Origin: Methylococcaceae bacterium UBA2780
GTDB lineage: Bacteria; Pseudomonadota; Gammaproteobacteria; Methylococcales; UBA2780
DNA: 64,000 nucleotides
Assembly (NCBI GenBank): GCA_002352345.1
Contig: DEIG01000009.1
Location: 7,573-71,572 of the forward strand
Direction: 5' to 3'
Below, in pieces: positions 57,875 through 64,000 of the stretch; the first letter of the stretch is position 1; each line of letters begins with the position of its first letter. The notes below the pieces were generated by a model. It made no database searches. It was given only the letters and a program-made list of their open reading frames with translations, and had not been told where the DNA came from. The position numbers and the translations under genes are program-made.

Positions 57875-59692
57875 CTATACTGCGCCACGAGCAGCTCTCT
57901 TACGCTCATTCTCCAACAATAGTTTCTTGCGGATACGAATAGAGTCTGGGGTCACCTCGACCAGCTCATCATCATCGATAAATTCTAGCGCCTGCTCTAA
58001 TGTCAGCTTCTGGATAGGGACTAAAACCAAGTTCTCATCCGTACCCGCTGCGCGGATATTTGTCAGCTGCTTGGCCTTAGTTGGATTAACCACGAGATCA
58101 TTTGCTCGCGCATGAAGACCAACGATCATCCCCTCATAAACAGGGTCCGCGTGGACTAATAACAGTTTCCCGCGCTCTTGAAGATTAAACAATGCAAAAG
58201 CCAGTGCTTTACCATTTGCATTAGAAATCAGAACACCATTATTTCTCTGCCCAAGCGCCCCCTCTTTAACAGGTCCATAGTGATCAAATACGTGATAGAT
58301 CAAACCGGAACCCGATGTGGTCGTCATAAATTCAGTCTGGAATCCAATCAAGCCACGCGAAGGCATCATATATTCAAGCCTGACGCGACCACCACCATCA
58401 GGAACCATATTTTTTAGCTCCGCCTTACGCTCACCAAGCTTCTCCATCACCGAACCTTGATGCTCATCCTCCACTTCGATGGTGACAAATTCATACGGCT
58501 CACAAAGCTCACCATGGATCTCTTTAACAATCACTTCCGGACGAGAAACACCCATCTCGAAACCTTCGCGACGCATATTTTCAATCAAAACAGAAAGATG
58601 CAGCTCACCACGCCCAGAAACTTTAAATTTATCAGGATCATCAGTCGGATCAACGCGTAACGCAACGTTATAGCGAAGCTCAAGTTCCAAACGGTCTTTG
58701 ATCTGGCGAGATGTCACATATTTCCCCTCTTTACCTGCAAAAGGAGAGGTATTCACTTGAAACGTCATCGTAATAGTCGGCTCGTCAATCGACAACGGCG
58801 GCAATGCTTCAACACAATCTGGCGAACAAATTGTGTCTGAAATATTCAATGGATCAAGCCCTGAAAAAGCAATAATATCGCCGGCTCTCGCCTCATCCTG
58901 CTCAACTCTCTCCAGCCCCTTAAATCCCATAATCTGGAGAATTCGTCCGCTACGCTCATTGCCATGTCTATCAACAATGGTTAATGCCTTGTTTTTCTTC
59001 AGTACGCCGCGCTGAACACGACCAATACCAATCAAACCAACATAAGAATTGTAATCGAGGCTAGAAACCTGCAACTGCAAATCGCCCTCTACATCAACAT
59101 CCGGCGGACTCACTTCATCGACAATCGCCTGAAACAGTGGCGTCATATCACCATCTCTCGCCTCTTCATCCAGGTTGGCGTAACCATTCAGCGCCGATGC
59201 GTAGATAACAGGGAAATCAAGCTGCTCATCAGTCGCGCCCAAACGATCAAACAGTTCAAAAGTTTGATCAAGAACCCATTCAGGCCTTGCTCCCGGACGA
59301 TCAATTTTATTGATCACAACAACCGGCTTTAATCCCAGCGCAAATGCCTTTGAGGTAACAAAACGGGTCTGTGGCATTGGGCCGTCAACCGCATCAACAA
59401 GCAGAAGAACCGAGTCAACCATTGAAAGTACACGCTCAACTTCTCCACCAAAATCAGCGTGGCCCGGAGTGTCGACAATATTGATGTGGTAGCCATTCCA
59501 ATCAATAGCTGTATTTTTAGCCAAAATGGTAATTCCACGCTCTTTTTCAAGATCATTAGAATCCATCATCCGCTCGGAAGTCGTTTCATGCGCCTCAAAC
59601 GTTCCAGACTGCTGCAGCAACTTGTCCACCAAGGTCGTCTTTCCATGGTCAACGTGGGCAATAATCGCTACATTTCTTAACTTTTCAATCAT
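57875..59692 (-). CDS. typA: translational GTPase TypA/BipA
   Basis: [35 protein letters not shown], 605 aa. Confidence 0.96.
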   Translation of the reverse strand: MIEKLRNVAIIAHVDHGKTTLVDKLLQQSGTFEAHETTSERMMDSNDLEKERGITILAKNTAIDWNGYHINIVDTPGHADFGGEVERVLSMVDSVLLLVDAVDGPMPQTRFVTSKAFALGLKPVVVINKIDRPGARPEWVLDQTFELFDRLGATDEQLDFPVIYASALNGYANLDEEARDGDMTPLFQAIVDEVSPPDVDVEGDLQLQVSSLDYNSYVGLIGIGRVQRGVLKKNKALTIVDRHGNERSGRILQIMGFKGLERVEQDEARAGDIIAFSGLDPLNISDTICSPDCVEALPPLSIDEPTITMTFQVNTSPFAGKEGKYVTSRQIKDRLELELRYNVALRVDPTDDPDKFKVSGRGELHLSVLIENMRREGFEMGVSRPEVIVKEIHGELCEPYEFVTIEVEDEHQGSVMEKLGERKAELKNMVPDGGGRVRLEYMMPSRGLIGFQTEFMTTTSGSGLIYHVFDHYGPVKEGALGQRNNGVLISNANGKALAFALFNLQERGKLLLVHADPVYEGMIVGLHARANDLVVNPTKAKQLTNIRAAGTDENLVLVPIQKLTLEQALEFIDDDELVEVTPDSIRIRKKLLLENERKRAARGAV

Positions 59693-59744
59693 CTCTTCTT
59701 TCTACTCGCTAATGTGACTTCCCAAAAAAACTGAGGATGTCACC

Positions 59745-59781
59745 AACAAAATAAAGGGGCGTGCAAAACAGGGCACACCCC
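59745..59781 (-). terminator. rho-independent terminator after the rhodanese gene
   Basis: Stem ggggcgtgc/ggcacacccc (1 mismatch), followed on the minus strand by tttattttgtt. Confidence 0.6.
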
Positions 59782-59803
59782 ATTCAAACAAATTCTTTAT
59801 CGC

Positions 59804-60208
59804 CTACTTCTGTTTCCACGGCAAACCATGGAAACGCCAGCCACTTTTCAGGTTTCGGTGACCCTCTCCATCCAAATCACCCTCAAAACCCTCTTCAATA
59901 TTTATTAACTTGGTAAAACCGGCCTCTGCCAATGCTTTTGCAGCGCTCATCGAGCGTTGCCCACTACGGCAAATTAACAATATTGGCTTATCAGAGTCCT
60001 CAGCCTTTTCGCGCACCATTCCGACAAATCCAGCCAAAGGCCTCATATCAGGGAACTCCATCCATGGCATGTGAAGCGAGCCTTCGGGATAACCAACAAA
60101 CTTTATCTCCGCCGAACTCCTTACATCAACAAAGAGCGCATCGGGATTATTCTGCAAAAAATCGTAACCCTGCAGAGGACTTAACCGCTCAATACTTTCA
60201 TTAGACAT
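59804..60208 (-). CDS. rhodanese-like domain protein (sulfurtransferase)
   Basis: LFVDVRS..., active-site loop [11 protein letters not shown]. Confidence 0.8.
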   Translation of the reverse strand: MSNESIERLSPLQGYDFLQNNPDALFVDVRSSAEIKFVGYPEGSLHMPWMEFPDMRPLAGFVGMVREKAEDSDKPILLICRSGQRSMSAAKALAEAGFTKLINIEEGFEGDLDGEGHRNLKSGWRFHGLPWKQK

Positions 60209-60328
60209 AGAGCCTCCCCACTAAAACGGCTGCCTACAATAAATTTTCCAAAGCCAATCAACTCTAAATGTTATAAAGGCCAACTCCCTATGATACCCTA
60301 CACCGTCAATATTTTCAGGTATTTGTCC

Positions 60329-61255
60329 GTGACACAAAAAATCATTCGCATCGCTACACGCCGAAGCCCACTTGCACTCTGGCAAGCCGAAGAGGTCACT
60401 CGCCTCTTAAAAAAAGCTCACCCTGACCTGCAGACTGAACTCGTCAAAATGACCACACGTGGCGACAAAATTCTTGATACCCCTCTTGCAAAAGTGGGAG
60501 GCAAAGGTCTGTTTGTCAAAGAATTAGAACAGGGCATGCTGGAAGGCCGAGCAGATATTGCTGTCCACTCAATGAAAGATGTTCCTGTCGAATTTCCTGA
60601 AGGACTTCACCTCAACACCATACTCAAACGCGAAGATCCACGCGATGCTTTTGTCTCAAACCATTACAGCTCACTGGATGATCTTCCTAAAAATGCAAAA
60701 GTCGGCACATCCAGCCTGCGCAGACAATGCCAAATTCGCGCAAAATACCCTGAATTCACCATTCTCGACTTAAGAGGAAATGTTAACACTCGCCTCGCAA
60801 AACTTGATGCAGAAGAATACGATGCCATCATTCTCGCCTCAGCGGGCCTTATACGTCTTGACATGGAAGAGCGAATCAAACTTTCACTCCCACCAGAAGA
60901 GAGTCTGCCGGCTATTGGCCAAGGTGCAATTGGCATTGAATGTAGAGATGATGACGAACTGACGCAACAACTTCTAAAGCCGCTACATCACACTGAAACA
61001 GCCATTCGTGTTGCCGCAGAACGAGCAATGAACCATCACTTAGAGGGTGGCTGCCAGGTTCCCATCGCGGGCTACTCTGAACTTAGCAATGGCTACATTC
61101 GGCTACGCGGACTAGTCGGTGCACCCGATGGTTCTAGAACAATATTCCATGAACAAACTGGCCCAGATAGCGATCCAGAATCATTAGGCATTACAGTTGC
61201 CGAAGCTCTGCTCGCTCAAGGTGCTGGAGAAATACTCAAGTCTCTTTATGGCTAA
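60329..61255 (+). CDS. hemC: hydroxymethylbilane synthase
   Basis: [16 protein letters not shown]..., [11 protein letters not shown]-terminal Cys region [13 protein letters not shown] start at 60329 gives the canonical N-terminal length; the track ATG is at 60290. Confidence 0.93.
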   Translation: MTQKIIRIATRRSPLALWQAEEVTRLLKKAHPDLQTELVKMTTRGDKILDTPLAKVGGKGLFVKELEQGMLEGRADIAVHSMKDVPVEFPEGLHLNTILKREDPRDAFVSNHYSSLDDLPKNAKVGTSSLRRQCQIRAKYPEFTILDLRGNVNTRLAKLDAEEYDAIILASAGLIRLDMEERIKLSLPPEESLPAIGQGAIGIECRDDDELTQQLLKPLHHTETAIRVAAERAMNHHLEGGCQVPIAGYSELSNGYIRLRGLVGAPDGSRTIFHEQTGPDSDPESLGITVAEALLAQGAGEILKSLYG

Positions 61256-62021
61256 AAGCAGCCCCCTCCAAGGGCTCGGCATACTTATCACCCGCCCAGA
61301 ACAACAATCAAAAGCACTGGCCAATCTAATTGAAGCCGCAGGTGGTCGCGCCATCACCTTTCCAACCATCGAGATAAAAACAACCTCTAGCCAACAAAAA
61401 GCGCTTGCCACACTAAAGCGGGCCCCCTCTTTTGACTGGCTATTCTTTGTTAGCGCCAACGCTGTGCACCATGCCGCCAAACTCCTTAATGAAGACCTTC
61501 AGCTCCTATCACAAACCAAAATAGCAGCAATTGGAGAAGCCACCAGAAAAGCACTATTAAAATACAATCTAGAGGCAGACTTAACGCCTTCGCGCAGCAG
61601 CAACTCTGAAGCACTTCTCTCTCTTTCAGAGATGCGGAATATGGATAATAAAAAGTGTATGATTGTCCGCGGAGAAGGGGGACGAGAGAAGCTAAAGCAA
61701 TCTTTAGAAAGCTATGGCGCAGAAATCATTTATGCAGAAGTATACAGAAGGGCCTGCCCAACGAGCGACATAAATCCCTTAATCTCAAGCTGGAAAAATG
61801 GCGAGATTGATTACGTAACAGCCACAAGTGGAGAGACTCTACAAAACCTGATCACACTTCTAGGCAAATGCAATCAGAAGCTACTGACTCAAACTCCACT
61901 ATTAACGGTCAGCAAAAGAATCGAAAAAATGGCACATAATGCAGGGATAATACGAGTAATCGTCAGCAAACAGCCCTATAATGAAACACTGATAGACACC
62001 CTGATTGAGCAAACTGGTTAA
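61248..62021 (+). CDS. hemD: uroporphyrinogen-III synthase
   Basis: [12 protein letters not shown]...FVSANAV. The ATG at 61248 overlaps the hemC stop (ATGGCTAA). Confidence 0.88.
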   Translation: MAKSSPLQGLGILITRPEQQSKALANLIEAAGGRAITFPTIEIKTTSSQQKALATLKRAPSFDWLFFVSANAVHHAAKLLNEDLQLLSQTKIAAIGEATRKALLKYNLEADLTPSRSSNSEALLSLSEMRNMDNKKCMIVRGEGGREKLKQSLESYGAEIIYAEVYRRACPTSDINPLISSWKNGEIDYVTATSGETLQNLITLLGKCNQKLLTQTPLLTVSKRIEKMAHNAGIIRVIVSKQPYNETLIDTLIEQTG

Positions 62022-62076
62022 AAGAAGACTCCATTTCATACCTTCTTTAAAACCCAAAACAACGAGGAAGAGACTC

Positions 62077-63258
62077 TTGGCAACGCAGGATAAAAGTAAG
62101 AAACCGGCTCAGACTAACAGTAAAAAAGCAGCCGAATCCCCAACAAAACCGGCTCAAACAGCAGCCAAAGCAACTAAAAAAGAGTCCTCAAGTGGTGGTG
62201 GAATTGGTTGGTTTGCACTGATTCTCACACTTGCTCTTGCTGGAGCGGGCTACTATTTCTACATGCAGTTTCAGGCATCATTTAAAACGCTAAATAGCTC
62301 TGTCCAAAAACTTAATAGCGATGCTGCCAACCAACAGGCGGCCGCTGAGAAAGCGAAGAGCCAGTTGAAAAGTGAGATCAACAACGCGCTCGATCAAGCC
62401 CAACAAAAAATCAGCTCCGCAGCAGACGCTCAAGCAGAATCAATGGCGCAGGCAAGCAGCCAGCTTTCTGAAACTGGAGAAAAGCTATCCAGCCTTGAAA
62501 CAAACACGAGTGACTCATTGCGTATTCTCGAGCGCCAGATTGGTAAAAATCGCCCAGACTGGTTAGTCGCAGAAGCTGAATATCTTTTGAGTGTTGCAAA
62601 CCAAAGATTGCAACTTGCTGGCGATATCAAAACAGCCATTATCGCGCTTGAATCTGCCGACAAAAGATTAAAAGAAAATGGGGATGCCTCTCTTTTTCCC
62701 GTTAGAGCCGTAATCGCTCAAGATATTGCCAACCTGAAAAGCACAACTCAGCCCGATCTTGTTGGCCTAGCCTCAAGCCTGCTCGCTCTAGAAGGTGGCA
62801 TTCATAATATGCCCGTTCTGCTCCCTCATGCTGGAAAAATCAAAACAACAGCAACCACGCCGAGCGAACGGCCAAAACTTGGCGACTGGAAGGCTTTAGC
62901 AGAAACTGCTTTAGAAAACCTAAAGTCAGTCGCTGTTGTGCGCCGTTCCGATCGTCCAATTCAAATCATGCTGACGCCAGAACAGGTTGAAGTAATGCGC
63001 CAAAGCCTAGCAATCAAACTAGAGATGGCTCGTCTTGCACTTGTCCAAGAAAACGAACTGCTCTACAAAGCCAATCTGGACGCAGCAAAAGCATGGTTAA
63101 CCCGCTATTTCGACATGTCTGCAAGCGAAAACCTGTTTGTTGGAGGTGAAATTGACAGACTTTCATCCTCTTTGATTAAAACCCCAGCTGTTGACATCAG
63201 CGAATCACTCAGAGCACTAAGGGCTGTACCGATTCTTAAAGTTAATAAAGAGGGCTAG
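62077..63258 (+). CDS. hemX: HemX family membrane protein (uroporphyrinogen-III C-methyltransferase-like)
   Basis: Lys/Ala-rich N-terminus, one TM segment (GWFALILTLALAGAGYYFY), a long coiled coil and a conserved C-terminal HemX region. A TTG at 62077 with a GAGGAAGAG SD is preferred over the TTG at 62005. Start uncertain. Confidence 0.8.
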   Translation: MATQDKSKKPAQTNSKKAAESPTKPAQTAAKATKKESSSGGGIGWFALILTLALAGAGYYFYMQFQASFKTLNSSVQKLNSDAANQQAAAEKAKSQLKSEINNALDQAQQKISSAADAQAESMAQASSQLSETGEKLSSLETNTSDSLRILERQIGKNRPDWLVAEAEYLLSVANQRLQLAGDIKTAIIALESADKRLKENGDASLFPVRAVIAQDIANLKSTTQPDLVGLASSLLALEGGIHNMPVLLPHAGKIKTTATTPSERPKLGDWKALAETALENLKSVAVVRRSDRPIQIMLTPEQVEVMRQSLAIKLEMARLALVQENELLYKANLDAAKAWLTRYFDMSASENLFVGGEIDRLSSSLIKTPAVDISESLRALRAVPILKVNKEG

Positions 63259-63260
63259 CC

Positions 63261-64000
63261 ATGAAAAAGATCTTCTTTATTGTTGGCGGACTTTTTCTCG
63301 CTGCAGGCGCTGCACTTCTCGTACAAAAAGACCCAGGCTACCTTCTTCTTGGCTATGGGACGTTGTCTGTTGAGACCTCTCTCGCAATTGCACTGATTGC
63401 CATTGTCCTTCTCTTTTCGACACTTTATCTGCTAATTCGGAGCTTTATCTATTTTGTGAACACCCCCTCTCGCTTTCGCTTATGGGGAGCACAAAGAAGG
63501 AAGAACCGCTCCCAAAAAGAGCTAACCTCTGGCCTAATTCAATCAGCTGAAGGACACTGGGAAAAAGCTGAGAAATATCTGATCAAACATGCCGAAGAGA
63601 GTGACACACCGCTTCTCAATTATTTAACTGCTGCCAGAGCCGCTCAGTTTCGCCAAGACTACGGCAGCCGAGACCATTACCTACAGCTCGCACACAAAAG
63701 TGTGCCAAAAGCAGATATCGCGATTGGCATAACCCAAGCTGAATTACAGCTTGAACACGATCAACTTGAAGAGGCGCTGGCTACACTCAAACACCTTAAG
63801 GCACTTTCGCCAAAGCACCCCTATATTCTGAGACTGCTCAGCACCGTTTACCAAAAATTAGACGAGTGGGAAGTACTGCAGAAATTTCTGCCTACGCTAA
63901 AGAAATTCAAAGCATACAATCAGGGTGACTTCATCAACCTGGAAAAAACTGTCTGGATAAATATTTTCCGCAAGCAGGCTGATTCTAGCTCTGCATCCAA
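63261..64000 (+). CDS. hemY: HemY N-terminal domain protein (partial, runs off the right edge)
   Basis: The ATG at 63261 lies 3 nt after the hemX stop. MKKIFFIVGGLFLAAGAALLV...two TM segments then TPR-like repeats. Open to the end of the window. Confidence 0.85.
   Translation, partial: MKKIFFIVGGLFLAAGAALLVQKDPGYLLLGYGTLSVETSLAIALIAIVLLFSTLYLLIRSFIYFVNTPSRFRLWGAQRRKNRSQKELTSGLIQSAEGHWEKAEKYLIKHAEESDTPLLNYLTAARAAQFRQDYGSRDHYLQLAHKSVPKADIAIGITQAELQLEHDQLEEALATLKHLKALSPKHPYILRLLSTVYQKLDEWEVLQKFLPTLKKFKAYNQGDFINLEKTVWINIFRKQADSSSAS

Overview
This is a 64-kb chromosomal window from a gammaproteobacterium, roughly mid-40s % GC by eye. Much of it is core-genome synteny: birA-coaX, motAB, pyrF, guaBA, xseA, der-bamB-yfgM-hisS-pilW-rlmN-ndk, an iscR cluster, cysE-trmJ, rpsI-rplM, tatABC, hisBHAFIE, typA and hemCDXY. 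I count about 70 protein genes and two tRNAs (Thr-UGU, Gln-CUG). I found no rRNA, CRISPR array or recognisable mobile element. Track ORFs antisense to these genes are treated as shadows, and several track N-termini were trimmed to better starts.

Highlight 1 (23.8-30.4 kb, minus strand) is a complete but divergent copper membrane monooxygenase operon in pmoC/A/B = amoC/A/B order. All known Cu ligands are present, but the substrate cannot be assigned. A strong intrinsic terminator and a 386-nt spacer lie between C and A. Three co-oriented secreted copper proteins follow: a PmoD/AmoD-like protein with a mature N-terminal His, a lipoprotein multicopper oxidase with two-domain-type motif order, and a cupredoxin fused to an EGKCG-repeat/Met-rich segment that resembles HvfA-type RiPP metallophore precursors. 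No DUF692 partner for that segment lies in the window.

Highlight 2 (57.6-57.8 kb, plus strand) is an unannotated Csr/Rsm-type sRNA candidate. It has a perfect GacA-box palindrome, six AGGA motifs and a strong terminator.

Other points:
- an NreB-like Cys-cluster PAS kinase plus NarL-type regulator, next to a truncated bacteriohemerythrin gene
- three phasin paralogs, two with a duplicated promoter/operator
- a motA-motB-pilZ operon
- lpp flanked by L,D-transpeptidases
- a sensor-less sigma54 activator beside a TonB receptor
- a reduced isc cluster without iscU/hscBA/fdx

All family assignments come from motif recognition by eye. No searches were run.
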